The notes: generated by a model from the letters alone, not told the origin. A stretch of DNA of 64,000 nucleotides from Pristiophorus japonicus (GCF_044704955.1 NC_091999.1:26784001-26848000), one strand, 5' to 3'. Positions 1 to 13,030 are shown, counted from the first letter of the stretch. Program-made: numbers and translations.

Positions 1-195
1 GAGCCTTTATTTTCTATATTACACTAGACACTGTCTCTGTTTATATTACACTAGGCCCTGTCTCTGTTTATATTACACTAGACGCTGTGTCTTTTTATTT
101 TACACTGGTCCCTGTCATTGTAGATATTACACTATATCATCTCTCTGTCTATGTTACACTTGGACGTGTCTCGGTTATTACTGCACTAGACCCTG
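1..195. repeat. 27-bp minisatellite (AGACCCTGTCTCTGTTTATATTACACT), left block
   Basis: CTGTCTCTG recurs at 31 and 58; about 7 degenerate units; same unit resumes at 2554-2700. Confidence 0.85.
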
Positions 196-244
196 GGGTA
201 TAGATGTGTCTATATAGGTTAAATCGAGCAATCCATTTGGCTGA

Positions 245-400
245 GGGTCAGACGTCGCACTGATGTAGCTATGGCGACCAAATCACGTTGATGACGTTGC
301 TTTGTTGTAAACAATTACGTCACCCATTGTTTACGTGTTGCTGACGTGATGATGTCAAACAGGTAAACACGAAATGCAATATACAGGAAGTTGCACTGAC
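245..400. promoter_or_regulatory. CpG-rich cluster of CRE-like, forkhead, X-box and ETS motifs (putative promoter/enhancer)
   Basis: TGACGT 292 and 342, TTACGTCA 315, TGATGTCA 350; GTAAACA 307 and 363, TGTTTAC 328; GTAGCTATGGCGAC 265; CAGGAAGT 384. Confidence 0.35.
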
Positions 401-427
401 AAAATCAATTTTCTGCGATAGTGATGT

Positions 428-915
428 CACACTGTGCCATCAAACATTCCCAGGGCAGGTACAGCGCGGGCCTATGCAAAGAAAAGCTCCGTCGATGCTG
501 TCCCATCAAACACTCCCAGCTCAGGTACAGCACGAGTCGAAAAACAATAAAGCTCCCTCTACACCGTCACATCAAACACTCCCAGGGCAGGTACAGCACG
601 GTTTAGATAGAGAGTAAATCTTGCTCTACACCGTCCCATCAAACTCTCCCAGGGCAGGTACAGCTCTGGTCTATGCAGAGTAAAGCTCCCTCCACACTGT
701 CCCAGCAAAGACTCCCAGGGCAGGTACAGCACGGGTAAGCTATGGAGTAAAGCACCCTCTACACCGTCCCATCAAACTCTTCCAGAGCAGGTACATCACT
801 CGTCTATGCAGAGCAAAGCTCCATCGAAACAGTCCCATTAAACACTCACAGGGCAGGTACAGCACGGAGTTAGATGCAGAGTAAAGTTCCCGCTACAGAG
901 TCACATCAAACACCC
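428..915. repeat. ~66-bp tandem repeat (CCCATCAAACACTCCCAGGGCAGGTACAGCACGG...GAGTAAAGCTCCCTCTACAC)
   Basis: About 7.5 units; CAGGTACAGC core recurs every ~66 bp. Confidence 0.9.
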
Positions 916-1734
916 AAGATCATTGAGTTCACACGACATATTTTATTATAAAGCTGCCTCTCCGCACACCCACCAATTTGGTTTGAGGCCTGGAAATAGA
1001 CCTTAGAGAACATTTTTGTTAGACATTGACTTCTTATTGTGAGGTAAAAATAATGACGCATTCTTTAGAGGCAAGTCAAAAGGTGGGGATAGTAGAGAGA
1101 GGCAGAGAGGGAGGGGATACAGAGAATTGCCACGAATACATTTGAGCTGTTACTATATACGGTGACTAGAATCTTGCCCCATTCTGGCCGCAGATAACAT
1201 CGTTGATTTGTTCACCAATAACTGAAAAAAATATCACAAACATCAATTGTTGCTGGAATCCGTTGAGACATTAGCGTTTCTTTATCTGTTTATTTCTATT
1301 CTGTCGTTCACTATTCTAATCTGGGTCTTCTATTTCTGCGTTTATTTACATAAACACCTCACAGGTTTCCATGAAGTGTTCATGGCAGCAAAAGCAGATC
1401 CACAAAGTCATTTATTGATTAGTTTTAACTCACAGCACGGGTTTATTTTATGAATATTGGTAGTTGGTACAAAGAAATGGAAATATCTCCAGCTGTGACA
1501 TCGGTTTTTGGTTTGTTCAATTAGAAGAGATGTGATTTATATCAAAGGGAACATATTAAAATTAATAATTCAATTCTGAAAATTCTGCTACCAATGTCAA
1601 TGGAACCTCGCTGAACAGATCAGTAATTCACTGAATGTCCATTTAGCTTAAGAATCCAGCCACTTAAACTAAACAAGTTAAAACAGCGACCAGAGGAGTC
1701 ACCCATTGCAACGTGTATTTTAAATGTTGACGTT

Positions 1735-2190
1735 TAGAAATAACTTTCACGACTTTCACGTCCTCAGAATGTCCAAAAGTGCTTTATAATGAAGTATGTT
1801 TGAAGTGTAGTCACTTTTATAATGTAGGAAACATGGAGTCAAATTGCACACAGCAAGCTCCCACAAACATAATGTGATAATAACCACAGAATCTGTGCTT
1901 TAGCGATGCTGGTTAATGGATAAATATGTGTAATGGACTTCGGGGTGAACTCCCCTGCTATTTAAAATAGTGCCATTCAATCTCTTACATCCAACTGTGA
2001 GTGAAGACTCAGCAGATGTAACGTCTCATCCGAAAGACTGCTCCACCGTCAATATAGCCCCCCCTCCCCTTCTCCTTCGGTACTGGTACCGGGAGTGCCA
2101 GCCGAGATTAGGTGCTCAGCCTCTGGAGAGGGGTTGAGAACCCACAGCCTTCTCACTCAGAGGTGAGAGTGATCCCATTGTACCGGGGCT
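1735..2190 (-). mobile_element. Deu-domain SINE (SacSINE1/AmnSINE1-like) with tRNA-derived head
   Basis: Reverse complement has head CTCTCACCTCTGAGTGAGAAGGCTGTGGGTTC, core GTCTTTCGGATGAGACGTT...ATGGCACTATTT...GCAGGGGAGTT and TTTGTGGGAGCTTGCTGTGTGCAA, and an L2-like tail. Confidence 0.8.
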
Positions 2191-2553
2191 TTAGCACGTC
2201 ACAGCTTAATTTTGTAGACTTTGTCATTTAGTTCAGAGTGTCCAAAATTTAGTGCCTGAGACGAGTCTTACACAATCGGTTTAATTCCCGGGGATAATGC
2301 TCTTATCTTGCCTGGGATGATATTCTGGCACTGTTGTAAAATGGGATCAAATCTTAGCGACTCCTCATCTGGATGTTCATGAGGTGCATCAGTAGAACAG
2401 CTGGAAACTGGGACGGTGCTCCTTATATCCGAGAATGTTAAGGCAGATTTAATAGTGGCGATCAAAATTATGAGGAGTTTTAATCAAGTAAATAGTTAGA
2501 AACCTTTACCACTGGTAGGACGGACAGTAACCACAAGCCAGAGATTTAAAATG

Positions 2554-2700
2554 TATTACTGCACTAGACCCTGTCTCTGCTGAGATTACAATCGACCCTG
2601 TCCCTGCTTACATTGCACTAGACCCTGTCTCTGTTTATATTACACGAGACCCTGTCCCTATTTTTATTACACGAGACCCTGTCTCTATTTATATTACAGT
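2554..2700. repeat. 27-bp minisatellite, right block
   Basis: Same unit as 1-195, about 5 copies. Confidence 0.85.
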
Positions 2701-3965
2701 CGCTTAAACAAAGGGGACTACAGTGGGATGATGGCAGAGTTGTCTAAAGTACACTGGAAAGGCAGACTAAACGGTGGCACAATTGAGGAACAGTGGAGGA
2801 CTTTTAAGGAGCTATTTCATAATGCTCAACAAAAATATATTCCAGTGAAAATTAAGGGCGGTAAGAGAAGGGATAACCAGCCGTGGATAACCAAGGAAAT
2901 AAAGGAGAGTATCAAATTAAAAACCAATGCGTGTAAGGTGGCCAATGTTAGTGGGAAACTAGAAGATTGCGAAAATTTTAATCGACAGCAAAGAATGATT
3001 AAGAGAGCAATAAAGAAAGGAAAGGTAGATTACGAAAGTAAATTTGTGCAACACATAAAAACAGATAGTAAAAGCTTTTACCGATATATAAAACGGAAAA
3101 GAATGACTAAAGTAAATGTTGGTCCCTCAGACGATGAGAAGGTGGATTTAATAATGGGAAATGTGGAAATGGCTGAGACCCTAAACAATTATTTTGCTTC
3201 GGTCGTCTCAGTGGAAGACACAAAAATCATTGCAGAAATTACTGGTCACGGGAATGTGAGAAGGGAGGACCTTGAGATAATCACTATCACAACGGGGATA
3301 GTGCTGGATAGGCTAATGGGACTCAAGGTAGACAAGTCCCCATGTCCTGATAAAATGCATCCCAGGGTATTAAAAGACATGGCGGAAGTTATAGCATATG
3401 CATTCGTTATTATCTACCAAAATTCTCTGGACTCTGGTGAGGTCCAGCGGATTGGAAAGCAGCTAATGTAACGCCTCTGTTTAACAAAGGGGGCAGACAA
3501 AAGGCAAATAACTATAGGCCGGTTAGTTTAACATCTGTAGTGGGGAAAATGCTTGAAGCTATCATTAAGGAAGAAATAGCGGGACATCTAGATAGGAATA
3601 GTGCAATAAAGCAGACGCAACATGGATTCATGAAGGGGAAATCATGTTTAACTAATTTACTGGAATTCTTTGAGGATATAATGAGCATGGTGGATAGAGA
3701 TATACCGATGAATGTGGTGTATTTAGATTTCCAAAAGGCATTCGATAAGGTGCCACACAAAAGGTTACTGCAGAAGATAAAGGTACGTGGGGTCAGAGGA
3801 AATGTATTAGCATGGATAGAGAATTGGCTGGATAACAGAAAGCAGAGAGTCGGGATAAATGGGTCCTTTTCGCGTTGGAAACCGGTGGTTAGTGGTGTGC
3901 CACAGGGATCGGTGCTGGGACCACAACTGTTTACAATATACATAGATGACCTGGAAGAGGGGACA
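2701..3965 (+). mobile_element. CR1 LINE ORF2 fragment (tether and RT)
   Basis: ORFs 2728-3471 and 3540-4049 with [56 protein letters not shown]. Confidence 0.95.
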
Positions 3966-3966
3966 G

Positions 3967-6197
3967 ATTCAATCAAGTTAGTCAGACATGACCTTCCCTT
4001 AACAAATCCGCGCGGACTGTTCCTGATTAATCCATGTCTTTCCAAATGAAGATTTTTCCTGTCATTCAGGATTTTTCCAAAACAAATTCCCACCACTGAG
4101 GTTAGGCTGACAGGCCTTTAATAAATCGATCCATCCTTGCTCCCTTTTTAAACAAAGGTTAAACATTAGAGGTCCTCCAGTCCTCTGGCACCACACCTGT
4201 AGCCAGTGCGGATTGGAAAATGATGGTCAGAGCCTCTGCTATTTCCTCTTTTGCTTCTCTTAACAGCCTGAAATACATTTCATCTGGGCCTGGGGATTTA
4301 TCCACTTTCAAAGCTGCTAAGTCCCTTAATACTTCTTCTCTAACTATGTTTACCTCGTCCAATATTTCACACTCCTCCCTCATTGCAAAATCTGCAACGC
4401 CCCTCTCTTTTGTGAAAACAAATGCAGGGTATTGATTAAGAATGATAGTCACATCTTCTGCTTCCACACAGATTTCCTTTGTGGTCTCTAATAGGCCGCA
4501 TTCTTTCTCTAGTTATCCTCTTAAGGTATTTATAATGTCTACCTGTCCTGAAACCTTCATGGGTCTGTGGATATGCACTCCTAGGTCTCTTTATTCATCT
4601 ACACTTCTCAGTAATCTACGATTCATTATGTATTCCCTTGCCTTGTTAGCCCTCCCCAAATGCAAGACCTCACACTACCGCGGATTGAAGTCCACTTGCT
4701 ACTATTCTGCCCACCTGATCAGTCCATTGCTATCTTCCTGCAGTCTAGAGCTTTCTTCTTCATTATCAACCACAAGGCCAATTTGTGTGTCATCTGCATA
4801 CTTCCTAATCATACCCTATAGATTCAAGTCCAAATTATTGATAAAAAAGGGACCTGGTAGTGAGCCCTATGGATTCCCCACTGGAGACAGCCTTCCAGTC
4901 TCAAAAACACCCATCAACCATTAACCTTTGCTTCCTGACTCTGAGCCAATTTTGGATCCAACTTGCCACTTTGCCTTGTATCCCAATTGCTTATAATTTT
5001 GTGACCAGTCTGCCTTGTGGGACTTTATCAAAATAGTTGCTAGAATTCATATACGCTACATCAAATGCACTGCCCTCATTAAATTTTTTGAGGGGATATA
5101 CAGGAGAGTCAATCGGTAGACAGACCCGACTTTCCCTTAACAAATCCATGCTGAATGTCCTTGATTAATCCGTGTCTTCCCAAATGAAGATTTATCCTAT
5201 CCCTCAAAATTTTGTCCAAAAATGTTCCCACCAACGAGCTGAGGCTCTCCCCAGCTTGTAGAGGAACTAGGTCCCAGCTTTGTTCAGGTGCAACCCGACT
5301 GGCTTGTCCAGGTCCCACCGCCCCCAGAAACAGTCGCAATACCACATAAATTTAAAGTCTTCCCTCCTGCATCGTCTCAAGCCACATATTCACCTGCTCG
5401 ATCCTCCTATTTCTATACTCACTAGCACGTGGTACTGGGAGTAATCTGGCGATTACTACTTTTGAGGTCCTGTTTTTTAGTCTCCTTCCCAGCTCCCTTA
5501 AAACTGCCTGAAGGACGTCATCCCTCTTTCGACCTTTGTCATTGCTGACAATATAGACCACGACTTCTGGCTATTCACACCCCTCCCCCCGGTTCCCTCA
5601 CAATGTCCTGCAACCTTTTAACGACAAACCTTGACCCTGGCACCAGGGAGGCAATAACTATCTTGGAGTCACGTCTGCAGCCGCCAAACGTCCTTATTAC
5701 TAGGGGGATCAAGGTGTATGGCGAGAACGCAGGAATGGGGTACTGAAGTTGCATGTTCAGCTATTAACTCATTGAATGGCGGTGCAGGCTAGAAGGGCCG
5801 AATGGCCTAGTCCTGCAACTATTTTCTATGTTTCTATGTCTGTCTATTCCCCATGTATCAAGTGACCTACCACTATTGCTCTTCCACTCTTCTTCCTTCC
5901 CTTCTGTGCAGCTGAGCCAAACATGGTTCCGTGGACTTGGCACTGGCTTCACTCCCCAGAGCAACCATCGTGCTCCTCATTAACCTGAACTGAAAAGCGG
6001 TTAATGAGTCAGGGGATTCCTGTCCTACATGTCAGTTCCTCCTTGCCTGTCTGACGATCTTCCATTCCCTCTATGCCTGCACAATTTAAACTGCTGGGTG
6101 ACTACCTCCTGAAATGTGGTGTCCTCAAAGCTCTCAGCTTCACGGATAGACTGCATTGACGCTAGCAACCGGTCAAGCTGCGAAACCCGGAGCTCAA
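3967..6197 (-). mobile_element. Scrambled CR1 fragments (RT pieces and ORF1 SGNH region)
   Basis: Minus-strand KSPGPDEM..RLLRE, PEDWRTSNV, QHGFVKGKS; ORF1-like LRELGRRLKNRTSKVVIARLLPVPRASEYRNRRIEQVNMWL. Confidence 0.85.
5693..5839 (+). mobile_element. Very short 5'-truncated CR1 3' end nested in an older CR1 ORF1
   Basis: Matches the 3' UTR at 23620-23779 and ends CTATGTTTCTATGT; flanks rejoin as AAACG-CTGTCTATTCCCC of ORF1. Confidence 0.85.
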
Positions 6198-6382
6198 AAT
6201 GCACCCTTATGATATGGAATCGATATGGGTAGAGCTGCAGAACACCAAATGGCAATACACGTTAGTGGGAGTTTTGTACAGACATATAAACCGTAGTAGT
6301 GATGTTGGGGAGGGCATCTTACAGGTAATTAGGGAGCTGGCGACACTTCCCGCAACGTGGTCATCCAGATGTTCCCACATGG

Positions 6383-6644
6383 CCCAGTATGTGTATTCCA
6401 TGGGACTTTGCTGCCTGACCAGGATGTACATTCCATGGGACTGAGCTGCCTGCCCAGGATGCGCATTCCATGGGACTGAGCTGCCTGCCCAGGATGTGCA
6501 TTCCGTGGGACTGAGCTTCCCTGCCCAGTATGTACATTCCATGGGACTGAGCTGCCTGCCCAGGATGTGCATTCCATGGGACTGAGCTGCCTGCCCAGGA
6601 TGTGCATTCCATGGGACTGAGCTGCCTGCCCAAGATATACATTC
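6383..6644. repeat. 35-bp minisatellite (CCATGGGACTGAGCTGCCTGCCCAGGATGTGCATT)
   Basis: Units start at 6398, 6433, 6468, 6503, 6539...; about 7.5 highly similar copies. Confidence 0.95.
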
Positions 6645-7365
6645 TCTACAGACAGTTCTAGTTTCTCTGGAACATTTTTTCCTCTCTTGCTCATCCTAAG
6701 CTGTATAATTAGTCCACTCCACTGCTCTGCCTCATAACCCTGCAAATCTTTGCAACTCAAATATTTATCTCTTTTGCACTTAAAGAGTGAATCTGCCTCC
6801 ACCACCCTTACAGGCAGTGCGTTCCAGGCCATAACATTTCGCTACTGAATGTTTTTCGCTCGTGTGGCATCTGGTTCATTTGCCAATCATCTTAAATAAG
6901 TGTCCTCTGGCTACCGAGCCGTCTGACACTGAAAATGTTTTCCCTCATTAAGAGGGTTGGTGGGCTGGAGGAGGTTACAGAGATCGGGAGTGGCGAGGTC
7001 TTGGCGGGATTTGAACAAGAGGAGGAGAATTTTAAAGGCTGAAGCTACCCGCCGTCTCCCCCAGTGCAGAATGTGGCTCTCTATTAACAGGAAGGATTTT
7101 TGTTTCACAACTAAAGATGCATAATGAGGGGAAATCAATCTGTGTATCTTTAACTAACAGCGAAATGGAAAGAGAGAAATGAATGGCCTTTAAACACCTG
7201 GTTATCGACCCCCGAAACTGTAAATTATTTCTCATTATATAACCATACAAATTTACAGCACGGAAGGAGGCCATTTAGGCCCATCTTGTTTGTGCAGACT
7301 GATAGAGAGCTATCCATTCTAATCCCACTTTCCAGCTCTTAGTCCGTAGCCTTGTAGCTTACAGA

Positions 7366-7680
7366 GGCGTGAGTTCGGGGCCATTGGGCAGCGCGGGCCA
7401 GACCACACAGTGATAAGTGTGCACACTAGGTCCGTGCAGCAGAGCACATCTAGGATAACCCTTGCCACTGGAATAAGACCTAGCTCTGTCAAGCCCGCGT
7501 GGCGGCTGGTGTGTAACGGCCAGCACACGTTAAAAAAATCCATGCACAAGCATCTTCCACCCGTCAGGATGTAGTTTGGAACATGGAATATTAGGTCCTT
7601 CATTGAAACATCTGTGAACTCATCCTTCTTTTTGGCGTGGAAGCAAGTCATCCTCGTTTCGACGCACTGCCAATGATGAT
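7366..7680 (+). mobile_element. Unclassified short retroelement with RTE-like 3' end
   Basis: GC-rich body ending GGAAGCAAGTCATCCTCGTTTCGACG...ATGATGAT; family recalled, not verified. Confidence 0.35.
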
Positions 7681-8265
7681 ACTTTGTATCGGGTGAGTAT
7701 GCAATGTGTTGTGTGAGTACAGATTGACATTTGTCCGTATATGTTGTTTTGTGTGGGGACACCTTGTATTGTGTGAAGTCACGATATATTGTGTGAGTAG
7801 AACTTGTGTTGCATGAGTACAGCTTGTGTTGCGTGACTACATCTTGTATTGTGGGAGTGCACCATGTATTTATAAGTAAAGCTTTTATTGTGTGAGTACA
7901 CCTTGTATTGTGTGAGTACTGACTTTGTTGCATAAATACAGCTTATATATTGTGAGTACTGATATTATGGTGTGAGTTCACATTTTATATCGTGTGAGTA
8001 TAGTTTTTATGGTGTGAGCACACGTTTTATCGTGTAAGTACATCTTGTATTGTGAAAGTAAAGCTTTTGTTGTATGTGTACACCTTGTATTGTATGAGCA
8101 CCCCTTTTACTGTATGTGTACATATTTTATTATGTGAGTACACCTTGGGGTTGTGTGCGTAAACCTTGTAATGTGTATGTACACCTTGTATTGTGTGAGA
8201 ATAGTTTGTATTGCGTAATTTCAGCTTGTATTGTATAAGTACACCATGTATTATGTGAGTAAACC
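7681..8265. repeat. 20-bp minisatellite (TGTATTGTGTGAGTACACCT), left block
   Basis: Degenerate 20-bp periodicity; same unit continues at 11648-13030. Confidence 0.9.
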
Positions 8266-11200
8266 TTTGTCTCTGATCGGGAGGAGCATCAGTTGGAGGA
8301 GGTAGAGGGAGCGGGAGGATCGAGGCGGATAAAAGTACTGCAGCAGATCGGGAGGAAGAGCAGTCGCAGGAACAGCTGCTGTAGCGTCAAAAATCAAAAA
8401 GCAAAATAGAATTAAAAAGAAATCGAAGAGTAATGTCACAGCCAAGCGGGTAAGTTTTTGGCTGGTTGATTGGTAAGCATTTTTTCTTTTTTTTTTCTTT
8501 TCTTATCAGTAGGAAACCTTTGGCATTGTTGCCAAATTATGTTAATCTAAAGGTTAAGTCATGGCAGGAGAGCCCAGAGCCGTGTCCTGCTCCTCCTGTG
8601 GTATGTGGGAAGTCAGGGACACTGGCTACTATGTGTGCGTGAAGTGTGTCGAGCTGCAGCTCCTGTCAGGTCGCATTGAGGCACTGGAGCTGTGCATGGA
8701 TTCACTCTGGAGCATCCGCGATGCTGAAGATGTCTTGGATAGCATGTTTAGTGAGTTGGTCACACAGCAGGTAAAGGTGACACAGACAGATAGGGAATGG
8801 GTGACCATCAGGAAGAGCAGGGGAAGGAAGGTAGGGCAGATATACAGTTTTGGATACTGCTGAGGATGGTGGCTCATCAGGGAAAGGGAGCAGCAGCTAA
8901 GTTCATGGCAGCAGGGGTAACTGTGCTGCGCAGGTGGGCTGGAAAAAGAGTGGAAGGTATATAGTGAGAGGAGATTCTATTAAAAGGGGAAGAGATAGGC
9001 GTTTCTGCGGCCGCAAACGAGACTCCAGAGTGGTATGTTGCCTCCCTGGTGCAAGGGTCAAGGGTGTCTTGGAGCGGGTGCAGGGCATTGTGGAGGGGGA
9101 GGGTGAACAGCCAACTATCGTGGTGCATGTAGGTACCAACAATATAGGTAAAAAACTGGATGACATTCTACAAGATGAATTTCGGGAGCTAGGAGTTAAA
9201 TTTAAAAGTCGGGCCTCAAAGGTAGAATCTCAGGATTGCAATCAGTGCCACGTGCTATTCAGAGTTGGAACAGCAGGATAGTTCAAATGAATACGTGGCT
9301 TGAGGTTTGGGGCAAGGGGGAGGTATTCAAATTCCTGGGACATTGGAACAGGTTCTGTGGGAGATGGGACCAGTACAAACCGGATGGTCTGCACCTGGGC
9401 AGGACCGGGACCGAGGTCCTTGGTGGTGTGTTTGCTAGTGCTGTTGGCGAGTGTTTAAACGAATATGGCAGGCGGATGGGGATATATGTAGGGAGGCAGA
9501 GGGAAGTAAAAAGGCTGCAGAAGCAAAAGATAGGAAGGAGAAAAGTAAGAGTGGAGGGCAGAGGAATCAAAAAGCGGCATATTAAAATATAATTCTAAAA
9601 GGACAAAAAGTTTAAAAAAAACAAGCCTGAAGGCTTTGAGTCTCAATGCGAGGAGCATTCATAATAAGGTGGATGAATTAACAGCGCAGATAGCTTTTAA
9701 CGGATATAATGTAATTGGGAATTTCGGAGACATGGCTCCAGGGTAACCAAGGCTGGGAACACAACATCCATTGGTATTCAATATTCAGGAAGGATAGACA
9801 GAAAGGAAAAGCAGGTGGAGTAGCGTTACTGATTAAAGAGGAGATTAACACAATAGTAAGGAAGGCATTACCTTGACTGATGTGGAATCTATATGGATAG
9901 AGCTGCGAAACACCAAATGTCAGAAAATGTTTTCGGGAATTATGTACAGACCACCAAACAGTAGTAGTGAGCGTGGGGATGGCAAGAAACAGGAAATTAG
10001 GGATGCGTGCAATAAAGGTACAGCAGTTATCATTGATGACTTAAATCTACATATTGTCTGGGTAACCAATCTGGTAGCAGTACTGTGGAGGAGGATTTCC
10101 TGGAGTGTATTTGGGATGGTTTTCTGTACCAATATGTCGATGAATCAACTAAAGAGCAGTCCATCCTAGACTGGGTCTTGTGTAATGAGGGTGGATTAAT
10201 TAGCAATCTTGTCATGCGAGGGGATGGGCGACCATAATATGGTATAATTCTTCATTAAGAAGGATAATGTCACAGTTAATCCAGAGTCTAGTGTCCTGAA
10301 CTTAAAGAAAGGTAACTTCGATGGTATGAGACATGAATTGGCTAGGATAGAGTGGCGGATTATACTTAAAGGGTTGCTGGTAGATAGGCAATGGCAGACA
10401 TTTAAAGATCACAGTGATGAACTACAACAATTGTACATCCCTGTCTGGCATTAAAATAAAACGGGGATGGAGGCTCAGCCGTGGTTAACAAGGGGACTTG
10501 TGGATATTATTAAATCCAAGGAAGAGGCATATAAATTGGCCAGAAAAAGTAGCAAACATGAGGACTGGAAGAAATTTAGAATTCAGTAGAGAAAGACAAA
10601 GGGTTTAATTATGAAGGGTAGTGGGATACCGCAAGTTTCAGTGCTGGGACCCCAACTATTTACAATATATATTAATGATTTAGACGAAGGAATTGAATGT
10701 AATATCTCCAACTTTGCAGATAACACTAAGCTGGGTGGCAGTGTGAGCTGTGAGGAGGATACTAAGAGGCTGCAGGTTGAATTCGCCGGATAAGTGAGTG
10801 GAAAAATGCATGGCAGATTGAGTAAAATATGGAGAAGTGTGAGCTTATCCACTTTGGTGGCAAACATAGGAAGGCAAATTATTATCTGAATGGTGAAATA
10901 TTAGTAAAATGGGAGGTGCAACGAAACCTGGGCATCATGGTACATCAGTCATTAAAATAGGCAGGCATGTACAGCAGACAGTAAAGAAAACAAATGGCAT
11001 GTTGGCCTTCATAGCATGAGGATTTGAGTATGGGAGCAGGACGGTCTTGCTGCAGTTGTACAGGGCCTTGGTGAGACCACACCCTGAGTATTGTGTGCAG
11101 TTTTGTCTCCTAATCTGAGAAAGGACCTTCTTGCTTTTGAGGGAGTGAAGCGAAGGTTAACCGGACTGATTCCCGGGATGGCAGGACTGACATATGAAGA

Positions 11201-11647
11201 AAGGTTGATTCAATTGGCTTATATTCCCTGGAATTTAGGAGAATGAGAGGGGATCTCATCGAAGTATATAAAATTATGACGAGATTGGTCAGGTCGGATG
11301 CAGGAACATTGTTCCCGATATTGGGGAAGTCCAGAACCAGGTGTCACATGCTAATGATAAGGGGTAAGCCAAATAGGACCGTGATGAGGAGAAGCTTTTT
11401 CACCCAGAATATCGTGAACCTATGGAATTCTCTACCACAGAAAGCTTTTGAGTCCAGTTCGTTGGATATATTCAAAAGGGAGTTAGATTTGACCATTACG
11501 GCTAAAGGGATCAGGGGGTATGGAGAGAGGGCAGTAATGGGGTACTGAAATTGCATTATCAGCCCTGATCATATTGAATGGTGGTGCAGTCTCGAAGGTC
11601 CGAATGGGCTGCTCCTGCACCTATTTTCTATGGTTTCTATGTTTCTA
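8266..11647 (+). mobile_element. Near full-length CR1 LINE (5' UTR, ORF1 Zn-finger/SGNH esterase, ORF2 EN-RT with internal deletion, 3' tail), inactive
   Basis: ORF1 MAGEPRAVSCSSCGMW...CVKC, GDSI, CLPGA, VHVGTNN, DGLHL; ORF2 LNARSI..K, PQVSVLGP, FADNTKL, LRGDLIE-type C-terminus; CTATGTTT tail; many stops and frameshifts. Confidence 0.95.
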
Positions 11648-13030
11648 CACATTGTATTGTGTGTGCACACCTTGTATTTTGCGAGGACAATCAGAGTTGC
11701 ATGAGTACATCTTGTATTGTGTACGTACACGTTGTACTGTGTGAGTAATCCTTGTATTTCGTGAGTACATTTTGTATTTTGTGAGCACTTTGCACTTTGT
11801 GAGTACACCTCGCATTTTGTGCGTATGCCTTGTATCATGTGAGTAAACATTGTATCGTGTGAATACATCTTGTATTGTGTGATTACAGCTTGTATTGTGT
11901 GATTACACCTTGTATTGTGAATACACCTTGAATTGTGTGATTACATCTTGTATTGTGAATAGACCTTGTATTGTGTGATTACACCTTGTATTGTGTGATT
12001 ACAACTTGTATTTTGATTACCCTTGTATTGTGAGTGTACAGCTTGTATTGTGTGATTACACTTTGCATTATGTGAATACACCTTGTATTGTGTGATTACA
12101 CCTTGTATGGTGATTACCCCTTGTATTGTGTGAATACACCTTGTATTGTTAGTGTACACCTTGTATTGCGTGATGACACTTTGCATTATGTGAATACGCC
12201 TGTATTGTGTGGGTACACCCCGTAATCTGCCAGTTCACGTTTTATTGTGTGAGAATAACTTGGAATATTTGAGTACACATTGTATTGTGTGAGTACACAT
12301 TTTATAGAACGAGTACATCTTGTATTGTGCGAGTACATCTTGTATTGTGTGAGTACACCTTGTATTGTGAGAGTACATCTTGTATTGTGTGAATATATAT
12401 TGTATTGTGGCAGTACACTTTAAAGCATGTGAGTACACATTGTATAAGTACACATTGTATTGTGTTCGCACATCTTCTATTGTGCGAGTACATCTTGTAT
12501 TGTGTGAATATATTATCTATTGTGTGAGTACAGCTTCTATTGTGTGCGTACATCATGTATTGTGTGAGAATCCATTGTAATGTGTGACTGCAACTTGCAT
12601 TGTCAGTTTGTGCATCTTGTGTTGTGTGAGTACACCATGTATTTTGTGAGGATACATTGTATTGTGTGATTTCACCTTGTATTGTATGAGTAGTGCTGAT
12701 ATTGTGTGAGTACACCTTGTATTGTCTACCGACACATTATTTTGTATTAGTACAACTTGTATTGTGTGAGCGATCCTTGTAATGGGTAAGTACAACTTCT
12801 ATTTTCTAAGTACACGTTGTACTGTGTGTGTGCAACTTGGACTATTTTATTGCAAATTGTATATTGAAAGTACGCTTTCTATTATGTGAGTACATGTTTT
12901 GTTTATTTGTGCATCTTGTATTCTGTGAGTACACCTAGTATTGTGCGAGTACACCTTTTATTGTGTGGGTACGTCTCATATTCTGGGGTGTAACTTGCAT
13001 TGTGTGGGTATAACTTCCATTACATAACTA
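11648..13030. repeat. 20-bp minisatellite, right block
   Basis: About 1.4 kb of TGTATTGTGTGA(G/T)TACACCT units. Confidence 0.92.

Noticed and set aside
428-915. Regularly spaced repeats resembling a CRISPR array (also 6383-6644 and 29970-30402)
   Set aside because: Intervening sequences are themselves repeated, so there are no unique spacers; no cas genes; vertebrate context
7380-7545. Possible HDV-like ribozyme in the RTE-like element
   Set aside because: Could not build the nested double pseudoknot by eye
11569-12795. Repetitive His/Thr/Tyr ORFs (also 7319-7933)
   Set aside because: Translations of the 20-bp minisatellite
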